Assembly: GCA_964640635.1 (NCBI GenBank)
Contig: CAZXFD010000001.1
Location: forward strand, 17,273 to 81,272
DNA length: 64,000 nt
DNA from: an uncultured Gammaproteobacteria bacterium
Lineage (GTDB): Bacteria; Patescibacteriota; Patescibacteriia; UBA1558; S5-K13
Direction of reading: 5' to 3'
This document shows positions 9,964 to 19,163 of this stretch, in pieces. Below the pieces are notes generated by a model. The model saw only the letters and a list, made by a program, of their open reading frames with translations. It was not told the origin of the DNA and made no database searches. The position numbers and the translations under genes were made by a program. Every line of letters starts with the position of its first letter. Position 1 is the first letter of the stretch.

Positions 9964-12642
9964 ATGGATTTTTTGGAAAAAACAAAAATAGTTTATTGTG
10001 ATAAGTGTAATAATGAACACTGTAATTATTGTTATGGAAGCAAGTATTATTTGAATATGGAGGGGGTAAATATTTATTGGAGTAAGGACTTAGATGGCGC
10101 TTCTATAAAAATTGATGAAATAAAAAAAATTAGCAATGCAATGCTTAATGTAATACTTTTTTTGATTTCATTGTGTGGTTTTGTATTATTTGTTTATAGA
10201 TTTTATAAAATTTTAGAAAATAGTGGTGATGTTTTACTTCAAGAAAACTGGAAAGGCCCAATAGAGCTTATTATTTGGATCAGTATGCTTTTCGCAATGT
10301 TTTTGTTTTATAGATTAAATAGCAAAAATAGTAGTAAATACAAAATATTAATACCAAAATCAGAATCTCGTTCTAGTGATAATCTTGTTTCACAAAACAT
10401 ATATAGCACACTTTCTCACGATGTAAAGAATTATTTAATAGATGCGTATTATATTTCAAAAAAATATAAATTTTCTACCATTGATTCAACATCTCTTTTT
10501 TTAGCATTATTAAAACACGACAATACCAAAATTATTATTGGAAGACTGGGTATTTCAATTGGCGAATTAGAACAAAAGCTTGTTGGATATTTACTTGAAA
10601 ATCAAAAAAAGAATGTATCAGTAGGTGTGGATGATTTAAGATTTATAATGTTTAATGCGTATTATTTAGCAAGAAAATCAAATTCGAATCATGTAGGCTT
10701 CAATCACGTTCTTACGGCAAATATTTTGTGTAGTGAGTATGTATTGGAATTGTTTTTAGATTTTGGAATTAGCATAGATCAGATAAACAATGTAATAGAG
10801 TGGATTAAATTGTCAGAGAATCTTGTCAGCAAAAGCAAAAAACATAGATCGGTTGCAATTTTTAAGCCTCGCGGAGATGTAAATAGGGCCATGACAGCTG
10901 TTGCGACGCCATATTTAGATAGTTTTAGTGAGGATATTACGCTTCTTGCAAGACGTGGATACTTGCCACTTAATGTTGTAAGAGAAGAAAAATTGCAAGA
11001 AATTTATAGGATAATAGAGTCAAATAATCAAAGTCTTGTAATGTTGGGATTGCCTGGTGTGGGCAAAGATAGCATGATAGAGACTATTGCAAACAATATG
11101 GCCCAAGAAAATGTTCCACATGTTTTACAAGATAAGAGACTTGTGAGCTTATCTATATCAAGATTTGTTTCAGTGTCTTCAGCAGAAGGAAAAATACAAG
11201 AAAATTTTTTGAGACTTATGAATGAGGTTATAAGATCTGGAAATATAATTCTTGTAATAGGCGATATTCATAATATGGTAGGAATTTCTTCTGCTGGTAT
11301 TGAAAATGTTGATTTGTCAGAAGTTTTCGCAGATATAATATCTCAATATAATATAATGGTTATTGGTACTTCAAATCCAAAAGATTATATAAAGTATTTA
11401 GAAAATAGTCGTCTTGGAACGCTGCTTTCCAAAGTTGAAATACAAGAACCAAATGCAAATGAAACAATTCAAATTTTGGAAGCAAAAAGTTTTTCGCTTG
11501 AGTATAAATATCGTGTTTATTTTTCATATCAATCTTTGGAGAGGATTGTAAAGCTTACCAACAATTATATTCATGATAGATTTCAACCAGAAAAATCTAT
11601 TAGAATAATGGAAGAGCTTGCAGTAATGATTTCAAAGCAAAAAGATACACGCCTTATTACAAGCGAGCATGTCTCTAGGGTTATATCAGAAAAAATTCAT
11701 ATCCCACTTGAAAAGGTAACAGCAACAGAAGGAGAAAAGCTTTTGAAGTTAGAAGAAATAATGCATAAAAGAATGGTTGGTCAAGAGGAGGCAATTTCTA
11801 TGGTTGCCTCTGCGCTTAGAAGGGCAAGAGCAGAAATAAGAGATGAAAAAAAACCAATTACAAACTTATTATTTTTGGGTCCTACTGGAGTTGGTAAAAC
11901 AGAGCTTGCGAAAACAGTTGCAGAAGTATTTTTTGGAAATGAAAGTAGTATGATAAGGCTCGATATGAGTGAATATCAAGAAGAAAATAGCTTATTAAGA
12001 CTTATTGGTGCAGAGAATTTGGAAAATTCAGGCATTCTTACTGAGTCAGTAAGAAATAATCCGTTTTCTCTTGTGTTGCTAGATGAAATAGAAAAAGCAC
12101 ATCCAGATATTTTGAATATATTTTTACAGGTTATGGATGATGGAAGACTTACAGACTCAAGCGGTAGAACTGTAGATTTTTCAAATTGTATTATTATAGC
12201 CACATCTAATGCAGGGGCATTTTATATACAAGATGAATTGTCTCGTGGTTCTGATTTAGAAAGCATAAAAAATAATTTGATGGAAAAAGAGTTAAGAAAT
12301 TATTTTAAACCAGAGTTTTTAAATAGGTTTAATGGTATAGTATTGTTTAAGCCACTTAGTAAGGTTGAGATTGAGCAAATTGCAGTTATGATTTTGAATA
12401 AATTATCGCTACGACTCAAAGAAAAGGGTATAGAATTCATAGCTTCATCAGATTCAGTCAAAAAATTAGCAGAATTAGGTTTTAGTAAGGATTTTGGTGC
12501 AAGACCATTAAAGCGTACAATAGAGACTCGTGTTGATGATGCTCTTGCTACTTTTTTATTGACAAATCAGATAACAAGACGTGATAAGGCTATATTAGAG
12601 GCAGACTTAAGTATTAGAATTGAAAAGGCCTCTAAGCTCTGA
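9964..12642 (+). CDS. Membrane-anchored ClpC/ClpA-like double-AAA+ protein with a degenerate first ATPase module
   Basis: N-terminal Cys cluster CDKCNNEHCNYC, two hydrophobic helices and two Clp_N-like repeats. The first AAA+ module (D1) has Walker A GLPGVGKDS and Walker B ILVIGDIH (hhhhGD in place of hhhhDE). The second module (D2) is canonical: GPTGVGKT, VLLDEIEKAHPD, ATSN, GARPLKR. Confidence 0.8.
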   Translation: MDFLEKTKIVYCDKCNNEHCNYCYGSKYYLNMEGVNIYWSKDLDGASIKIDEIKKISNAMLNVILFLISLCGFVLFVYRFYKILENSGDVLLQENWKGPIELIIWISMLFAMFLFYRLNSKNSSKYKILIPKSESRSSDNLVSQNIYSTLSHDVKNYLIDAYYISKKYKFSTIDSTSLFLALLKHDNTKIIIGRLGISIGELEQKLVGYLLENQKKNVSVGVDDLRFIMFNAYYLARKSNSNHVGFNHVLTANILCSEYVLELFLDFGISIDQINNVIEWIKLSENLVSKSKKHRSVAIFKPRGDVNRAMTAVATPYLDSFSEDITLLARRGYLPLNVVREEKLQEIYRIIESNNQSLVMLGLPGVGKDSMIETIANNMAQENVPHVLQDKRLVSLSISRFVSVSSAEGKIQENFLRLMNEVIRSGNIILVIGDIHNMVGISSAGIENVDLSEVFADIISQYNIMVIGTSNPKDYIKYLENSRLGTLLSKVEIQEPNANETIQILEAKSFSLEYKYRVYFSYQSLERIVKLTNNYIHDRFQPEKSIRIMEELAVMISKQKDTRLITSEHVSRVISEKIHIPLEKVTATEGEKLLKLEEIMHKRMVGQEEAISMVASALRRARAEIRDEKKPITNLLFLGPTGVGKTELAKTVAEVFFGNESSMIRLDMSEYQEENSLLRLIGAENLENSGILTESVRNNPFSLVLLDEIEKAHPDILNIFLQVMDDGRLTDSSGRTVDFSNCIIIATSNAGAFYIQDELSRGSDLESIKNNLMEKELRNYFKPEFLNRFNGIVLFKPLSKVEIEQIAVMILNKLSLRLKEKGIEFIASSDSVKKLAELGFSKDFGARPLKRTIETRVDDALATFLLTNQITRRDKAILEADLSIRIEKASKL

Positions 12643-12717
12643 TATAATAGGGTAATACTAAAATAGGGTTATGTAGTAAGGAGTAAGAGATAAGGGTAAT
12701 ATATAAATTTAAATACT

Positions 12718-14130
12718 ATGGTAAAAAAAGATATAAAAGTCAAGGAGAATACAGAATTAATGGACAAAATTATATCACTTTGCAAAAGAAGAGGCTTTGT
12801 TTATGCATCTTCTGAAATTTATGGTGGCTTTGCAGCTGTATATGATTATGGTCCATACGGGGTAGAGCTACTCAATAATATTAAGAGTTTTTGGTGGAAA
12901 TGTATGGTTCAGTATCGTGAAGATATTGTAGGATTAGATAGTGCTATTTTTATGCATCCAAAAATATGGGAAGCAAGTGGTCATGTTTCTGGTTTTTCAG
13001 ACCCCCTTACTGAGTGTTATAAGTGTCATTATAGATTTAGAGTAGATACAGCACTAGAGGAAATTGGAATTAAGGCTGATGAAAAAATGAGTTTGGAAGA
13101 AATAGAGACTGTTTTTAGAAAAAATATCAAAAAAATAAATTGCCCAAAATGTGGAGCTAATGATTTTACAAGTATAAAAAAATTTAATTTATTAGTTCAG
13201 TCTAATTTGGGAAATTTTTCTTCTGACGTTGACAAGGATCCAGTTTATTTAAGGGGGGAGACAGCTCAGGGAATTTATGTAAATTACAAAAATGTATTAG
13301 ACTCGTCACGCGTAAAAGTTCCATTTGGTATCGCTCAGATTGGTAAGGCTTTTAGAAACGAGATTACAGCTCGTCAATTTATATTTCGTACTCGTGAATT
13401 CGAGCAGATGGAAATGCAATATTTTGTCGCTCCAAAGGAGGATATGAAAGAATATGAAAAGTTAAAAGATTATAGATGGCAGTATTATTTGAATTTAGGC
13501 ATTAAAAAAGAAAATCTTAAATGGCATAAGCATGAGAATTTGGTTTTTTATGCAAAGGAAGCTTATGATATAGAATATAAATTTCCATTCGGTTTTAAGG
13601 AATTAGAAGGTCTTCATGCAAGAGGAAATTATGATTTGACTCAACATGCTAAGTTTTCTGGAAAAGATATGAACTATCTCGATCCTTATACAAATGATAA
13701 GTATATACCTCACATAGTAGAATCATCGGCTGGAGTGGGTCGAATATTTTTGGCGCTTATTTGCGAGGCTTACAAAGAAGAAAAAATTGGTGAAGAAGAA
13801 AGAGTTGTCTTGAAATTGAGCCCTATTATAGCGCCAATAAAAATTGCAGTTTTCCCACTTTTGAAAAATAAACCAGAACTTGTTGAAAAGGCGCACGAGA
13901 TATTTAAAAATTTAAGTAAATTATATAGGTGTGAGTTTGATGATAATGGAAACATTGGAAAAAGATATAGAAGACAAGACGAAATAGGAACTCCATATTG
14001 CCTGACTATTGATTTTGATACACTAGAAAATAACGAAGTCACGGTAAGAAGTAGAGATACAATGGATCAATGTAGGATAAAAATTGATGAGCTTCAAGAT
14101 TATTTTAAAGATAAATTAAATTGTTATTAG
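12718..14130 (+). CDS. glyQS: Glycine--tRNA ligase (dimeric class II type)
   Basis: N-terminus RRGFVYASSEIYGGFAAVYDYGPYG and class II motifs (FRNEITARQFIFRTREFEQMEMQYF); 470 aa. Confidence 0.85.
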   Translation: MVKKDIKVKENTELMDKIISLCKRRGFVYASSEIYGGFAAVYDYGPYGVELLNNIKSFWWKCMVQYREDIVGLDSAIFMHPKIWEASGHVSGFSDPLTECYKCHYRFRVDTALEEIGIKADEKMSLEEIETVFRKNIKKINCPKCGANDFTSIKKFNLLVQSNLGNFSSDVDKDPVYLRGETAQGIYVNYKNVLDSSRVKVPFGIAQIGKAFRNEITARQFIFRTREFEQMEMQYFVAPKEDMKEYEKLKDYRWQYYLNLGIKKENLKWHKHENLVFYAKEAYDIEYKFPFGFKELEGLHARGNYDLTQHAKFSGKDMNYLDPYTNDKYIPHIVESSAGVGRIFLALICEAYKEEKIGEEERVVLKLSPIIAPIKIAVFPLLKNKPELVEKAHEIFKNLSKLYRCEFDDNGNIGKRYRRQDEIGTPYCLTIDFDTLENNEVTVRSRDTMDQCRIKIDELQDYFKDKLNCY

Positions 14131-14156
14131 TTTGGTTTTGATATTAAAATAAATAA

Positions 14157-15038
14157 ATGAAAAAATATAAAAAAACATTATTTGCACTGATTCCTATTCT
14201 TATTTTGTTTGTTGTAAATATTGTAAAAGCACAAATACAGCTTCAAGTTGCCCTACCCACCGCAAATGATGGAACAATAAGTAGTGTATCAGGACTTAGC
14301 GATTATATAAGAATAGTATATAACTATGGAATTTATGCAGGTAGTGTTATCGCTGTTATAATGATTTCTATAAATGCCTTTAAGTGGGTATCAGCAGGTG
14401 GAAACAAAAGCACGATAGGAAAGGCAAAGGACGGAATGATAACTTCAATGGTGGGGCTTTTTGTTCTTTTTGGATCTTATCTTATTCTTAGCACAATAAA
14501 TGGAGAGCTCGTGGCCCTGAAAGCATTAGATGTTAGGCCTTTAGACACGAAGGCATATTTGGAAAAAGTAGAAAGATCTTCTGGTTTAGATACAGCGTAT
14601 TATGATGACATGTATGTTGCAGATCAAGGACGCGAGAGCGAAGGCAATCCAAGACCAGTAGCTGTATTGAGATGTGCTAATGATTCGGACACTAGTCATT
14701 ATTGCATTGACCTTCCATTAGGTCAGCCAGATATTCAATATGAGTTTAGCACTACAATAGGTGCATGCGAATATACTACTATGCAATGTGTTTCAAACGC
14801 TCGTAATTGCAATAAGACCTGCCTAAACTATAGTGATTGCGGAAATTTTTCTAATGGTTATTGTGATGGAGCGGGTCCACAAGTTTGTTGTAGTCGGCAA
14901 AAAAGACCTAATGAGACAACCTGTAGTCATAATATACAGTGTTTAAGTGGATGTTGTTGTAATTTTAGCTGGCCTACAAGAGATGTGTGTAGATCAACAG
15001 CAAATTGTAATTTACTTAATAAGAGCTGTATTCAGTAA
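14157..15038 (+). CDS. Pilin-like membrane protein (signal peptide plus two hydrophobic helices, a VirB2/TrbC-like topology) with a cysteine-rich C-terminal domain
   Basis: A signal-like N-terminus and the conserved core DYIRIVYNYGIYAGSVIAVIMISINAFKWVSAGGNKSTIGKAKDGMITSMVGLFVLFGSYLILSTINGELVALKAL, followed by about 150 aa with more than 20 Cys (GYCDGAGPQVCCS...). The assignment to a pilin fold rests on topology only. Confidence 0.6.
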   Translation: MKKYKKTLFALIPILILFVVNIVKAQIQLQVALPTANDGTISSVSGLSDYIRIVYNYGIYAGSVIAVIMISINAFKWVSAGGNKSTIGKAKDGMITSMVGLFVLFGSYLILSTINGELVALKALDVRPLDTKAYLEKVERSSGLDTAYYDDMYVADQGRESEGNPRPVAVLRCANDSDTSHYCIDLPLGQPDIQYEFSTTIGACEYTTMQCVSNARNCNKTCLNYSDCGNFSNGYCDGAGPQVCCSRQKRPNETTCSHNIQCLSGCCCNFSWPTRDVCRSTANCNLLNKSCIQ

Positions 15039-15061
15039 GTAGGTATATAATTTTTAATATA

Positions 15062-16057
15062 ATGCAAAACATTTTTTTGAAGAGATTAAAAGATGCTAAG
15101 ATAACTCATATTTTGTTTTTTGTTGTAATTTTTATTTTTTTTATTGTTAAAATTACAAAAGCAATACCACTCGAACATGCAATACCAGGGCCAGATGGAG
15201 ACATAAGTAGTGTAGAGGGTTTAAGTGATTACATAAGAATTGTATATAGTTATGGAATATATGCAGGTAGCGTCTTGGCGGTTGTCATGATATCTGTAAA
15301 TGCTTTTAAGTGGGTATCAGCAGGTGGGAATAAAGGCTCTATAGATAAGGCAAAAAATGGAATGATAATGTCTATAGTGGGACTTTTTCTTGTTTTTGGA
15401 TCTTATCTTATACTCAGTACAATAAATGGAGAGCTCGTGGCCTTGAAAGCATTGAATGTGTATCCTATATCACCTCAAGAATTTGTGGGAGTAGATTTTT
15501 CGACAATGAAACTTGCTGAAACTTTACAACAAGATATAGCAAATGATATTCGTTGTAATTTAATCGCAGATAATAATTGTCCACCAGGCAAGGTTTGTAG
15601 AAAGTTAAAGGATAAATATATTTGCACAGAACCACTAGGAGATAATATGGCCTGTGAAATACAAAGTGAATGTAGGCCCCCACTTACATGTAATGCGCAA
15701 ACATTGAAATGTGAAATCCCTCCTGTTTTACAGTGTGCAGGAATTTTAGATAATTATAGATGCTTTACAAATCTTTACCCTAGTCCCAGTTTTGGATATT
15801 GTGACAACAGACAATGTGTTCCTTGTCGTGGAGAAGGACAGATATGTACAACTATAACTAGAATAGTGCCTTTGGTAACTTTTGTAGCATGGCCCATGCA
15901 ATGTGTAAATAACAATAGTGGGATTTGTGGATTGCCATTTTATGAGGCAATTGAACCATGGGATCAATTACCGGATTCTTATAAAGCACCTAATACGGGT
16001 TCTTGTACTGGTGGTAGTTGGTTTCAGCATCAAGTTGGAAATTATTATTGTGAATAG
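15062..16057 (+). CDS. Tandem paralog of the 14157 gene with a different cysteine-rich C-terminal domain
   Basis: The core is nearly identical to its neighbour at the DNA level (for example ggatcttatcttatactcagtacaataaatggagagctcgtggcc). The C-terminal ~190 aa has EGF- or knottin-like Cys spacing. The first 13 aa (MQNIFLKRLKDAK) match the N-terminus of the downstream M16 peptidase. Confidence 0.6.
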   Translation: MQNIFLKRLKDAKITHILFFVVIFIFFIVKITKAIPLEHAIPGPDGDISSVEGLSDYIRIVYSYGIYAGSVLAVVMISVNAFKWVSAGGNKGSIDKAKNGMIMSIVGLFLVFGSYLILSTINGELVALKALNVYPISPQEFVGVDFSTMKLAETLQQDIANDIRCNLIADNNCPPGKVCRKLKDKYICTEPLGDNMACEIQSECRPPLTCNAQTLKCEIPPVLQCAGILDNYRCFTNLYPSPSFGYCDNRQCVPCRGEGQICTTITRIVPLVTFVAWPMQCVNNNSGICGLPFYEAIEPWDQLPDSYKAPNTGSCTGGSWFQHQVGNYYCE

Positions 16058-16119
16058 TATATTAACGTTGACTAGGAATTTATAGAATTATAAGGATATG
16101 TTAATTTAATTAAAATTTT

Positions 16120-17376
16120 ATGCAAAATATATTTTTAAAAAAACTTAAAGATACAAAAGCGATTACTGTTTTGGTTTTGATAAAAACAGGTTCAAGATAT
16201 GAAAGTGATACAAATCGTGGTGTCGCGCATTTTTTGGAACATTTACTTTTTAAAGGAACCAAAAAAAGGCCCAATTCCCTTGCTATTACTAAAGAGCTAG
16301 ACAGTATTGGGGCAGAATTTAATGCCTTTACCTCAAAGGATAAAACGGGTTTTTATATAAAAGCACCTAAAGAGCATCTTGAAAAAGCGCTAGATGTTTT
16401 ATCTGATATGCTTTTTAATTCTTTGTTTTCTCCAAGAGAGATAGAAAAAGAAAGAGGAGTAGTGCTTGAAGAATTCAATATGTATTATGATAATCCAATG
16501 ATGTTTATTGATTCACTGTTGGAGTGTGGAGTTTTTCACGGACATAATTTAGGAAAATTAATCTTGGGGGATCAAAATGTTATAAAAAATATAAAAAGAG
16601 CAGAAATACTTAAGTTCTATAAAAAATATTATAATTTAGAAAATCTCGTAATAGGTGTTTCTGGAAATTTTGATGAGAATAAATTGCTTCCACTTGTAAA
16701 AAAATATTTCAAAATAAAAGAATACAATACTACAAATAATTTTGATGAATTTCTAGGAGATCAAAAACAGGAAAGAATACTTATCAAAAACAAAGAAACA
16801 GATCAGGTTCATACTGCTATTGGATTTTTAGGAACGTCTATATTTGATAAAGATTATTATTCAAGTAAGCTTCTTTCTATAATATTGGGTGGAAATATGA
16901 GCTCAAGATTATTTTTGAAGATTAGAGAAAAGATGGGGCTTTGTTATTATATAAAGTCATACACAGATAGTTATCAGGATACAGGAATATTTTCTATTAT
17001 ATCAGGCCTTGATAAATCAAGAATTGAAAGTGCAGTAGAGACAATTTTGAAAGAGTTAAAAAGTATTAAGCAAAATGGAGTTACAGAAGAAGAACTTAAG
17101 AGAGCAAAGGAGTTTATAGATGGAAAATTAGTTTTGAATCTTGAAGATAGTGCAAATATTGTTGAGTGGTATGGAGACCAATTGCTTTTACAAGGGAAAG
17201 CTATAACACCTGAAGAGTTTTTTAAACATATAAACAAAATCAGCATAAAGGATATCAAAAAAGTTGCAAATAGAATATTTCTAAAAGAAAAATTAAATCT
17301 TGCTGTAATAGGGCCATTTAAAAATTCCAAAGAATGGGAGTTAAAATTTAAAAATATTATAAATAAAATTTTATAA
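16120..17376 (+). CDS. M16 family (insulinase/pitrilysin-like) zinc peptidase
   Basis: Inverted zinc motif HFLEHLLFKGT (HxxEH); 418 aa. Confidence 0.8.
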   Translation: MQNIFLKKLKDTKAITVLVLIKTGSRYESDTNRGVAHFLEHLLFKGTKKRPNSLAITKELDSIGAEFNAFTSKDKTGFYIKAPKEHLEKALDVLSDMLFNSLFSPREIEKERGVVLEEFNMYYDNPMMFIDSLLECGVFHGHNLGKLILGDQNVIKNIKRAEILKFYKKYYNLENLVIGVSGNFDENKLLPLVKKYFKIKEYNTTNNFDEFLGDQKQERILIKNKETDQVHTAIGFLGTSIFDKDYYSSKLLSIILGGNMSSRLFLKIREKMGLCYYIKSYTDSYQDTGIFSIISGLDKSRIESAVETILKELKSIKQNGVTEEELKRAKEFIDGKLVLNLEDSANIVEWYGDQLLLQGKAITPEEFFKHINKISIKDIKKVANRIFLKEKLNLAVIGPFKNSKEWELKFKNIINKIL

Positions 17377-17410
17377 ACAAAAATCCATTTGAAAATGGAA
17401 AAACAAAAAT

Positions 17411-18430
17411 ATGGAAACAAGAACAGTTCACATTTCAACACTTACTTTTGTAAAAATAATAGCCATAGCACTTATTGCATTATTTTTATTTTTGGTAAGA
17501 GATATATTGGCTATGATATTTTTGGCTTTTGTATTAGCATCTGCCATGAAGCCAGGAGTTAATTGGTTTGTAAGTAAAAAAATTCCGAAAACACTTGGAA
17601 TAGGAATAATGTATATAATTTTTTTAACAGTCCTTGCTGTTTTGATGGTTATTATTGTGCCCCCAGTATCGAGAGAGATTACCCAGCTTGCAAATCATTT
17701 TCCAGATTATTATGAAAGAATTAATCTTTTTTTAGCAAAGTTTAATTCAGGGTTTGCTAGCAGTGGCAATGGTCAATCACAACTTACACTAGCTAATATG
17801 AGCGGAGGATTGAGTAGTGCAGTTGGTTCTATTTTTAATACAACATTTCAAGTATTTAGCGGAGTTTTCACTTTTATTACAATTTTAATTCTTGCCTTTT
17901 ATTTTGCTAGCGAAGAAAGTAAAATGAGAAAGTTCTTGAGAGGTCATATTCCAGTAAAAAAAAGAGATTATATTGTAGATCTTGTTTCTAAAGTTCAAAC
18001 AAAGTTGGGTTATTGGCTTAGAGGACAATTGTTGTTGTGTCTTATTGTATTTGGGGCAACATTTTTACTCTTGGCAATTTTTGGAATAAAGTATGCGCTG
18101 GTACTTGCAATCTTAGCGGGTCTTTTTGAAATCATTCCTTTTTTTGGGCCATGGGTTGCAGGACTAGTCGGTGTTTTAATAACGTTTTCTATTTCTCCTA
18201 CAAAGGCAATAATTGCAGCTATTATATATTTAGCAGTTCAACAGGCTGAATCAGCATTTATAGTTCCAAAGGTAATGAGCAGATCTGTGGGACTAAATCC
18301 GCTTTTGGTTGTAATTGCTATACTTATTGGTTTTCAAATTGGTGGAGTGATGGGGGCACTTATTTCAGTTCCATTTATTGCAATGTTGTCAGTTTTTGTT
18401 TGGGATATATTAGATAAAAAAAATGATTAA
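17411..18430 (+). CDS. AI-2E family (PerM/YhhT-like) membrane transporter
   Basis: About 340 aa with roughly 8 hydrophobic helices and the typical size and topology of the family. Confidence 0.55.
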   Translation: METRTVHISTLTFVKIIAIALIALFLFLVRDILAMIFLAFVLASAMKPGVNWFVSKKIPKTLGIGIMYIIFLTVLAVLMVIIVPPVSREITQLANHFPDYYERINLFLAKFNSGFASSGNGQSQLTLANMSGGLSSAVGSIFNTTFQVFSGVFTFITILILAFYFASEESKMRKFLRGHIPVKKRDYIVDLVSKVQTKLGYWLRGQLLLCLIVFGATFLLLAIFGIKYALVLAILAGLFEIIPFFGPWVAGLVGVLITFSISPTKAIIAAIIYLAVQQAESAFIVPKVMSRSVGLNPLLVVIAILIGFQIGGVMGALISVPFIAMLSVFVWDILDKKND

Positions 18431-18439
18431 TTTATAAAA

Positions 18440-19129
18440 ATGGGAAAATTATATATAGTTGCAACACCAATAGGCAATTTATCTGATATAACATTTCGTG
18501 CCATCGAAATTTTGAAGTCGGTAGATTTTGTATTTTGTGAAGATACAAGAGTTACAAAAAATTTATTAAATCATTACAATATAAACACAAAATTAGAAAG
18601 TTATCATAAATTTTCAGATAAAAATAAAGAAAATAGAATAGTAGAGCTTTTAAATAATGGAAAAAATATTGCGTATGTTAGTGATGCTGGAACTCCAGGT
18701 ATAAGTGATCCTGGTGAGGAGTTGGTAAAAATAGTATCAAATTCATTTGATGAAAATATTATTGAAAGTATTCCAGGTGCCTCTTCTCTTATAACCGCAC
18801 TTTCATTGTCTGGGTTTAATTGCGACAGATTTAATTTTTTGGGATTTTTGCCTCATAAAAAAGGCAAAGAAACATTGCTTCGTGAGATTATTGAAAGTGA
18901 TGTTACAAATATTTTTTTTGAGTCAACGCATAGAATTATAAAGAGTCTAGAAAAATTACAATTACTTGGATTTCAAGAAAATAGAAATATTGTTGTAGCT
19001 CGTGAGCTTACAAAAAAATTTGAAACAATATATCGTGGAACTTTAGAAAAGGTTTTGAGTGATTTAAAAGGAGGGGTTAGTAAAGGAGAGTTTGTAGTAA
19101 TAGTTGAAAGTTATAAAGTTAAAAAGTAG
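18440..19129 (+). CDS. rsmI: 16S rRNA (cytidine1402-2'-O)-methyltransferase RsmI
   Basis: N-terminus LYIVATPIGNLSDITFRAIEILKSVDFVFCEDTRVT, tetrapyrrole-methylase fold; 229 aa. Confidence 0.8.
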   Translation: MGKLYIVATPIGNLSDITFRAIEILKSVDFVFCEDTRVTKNLLNHYNINTKLESYHKFSDKNKENRIVELLNNGKNIAYVSDAGTPGISDPGEELVKIVSNSFDENIIESIPGASSLITALSLSGFNCDRFNFLGFLPHKKGKETLLREIIESDVTNIFFESTHRIIKSLEKLQLLGFQENRNIVVARELTKKFETIYRGTLEKVLSDLKGGVSKGEFVVIVESYKVKK

Positions 19130-19163
19130 AACGTTATCAAGTTGCCGTAAAATTTAAAATATT

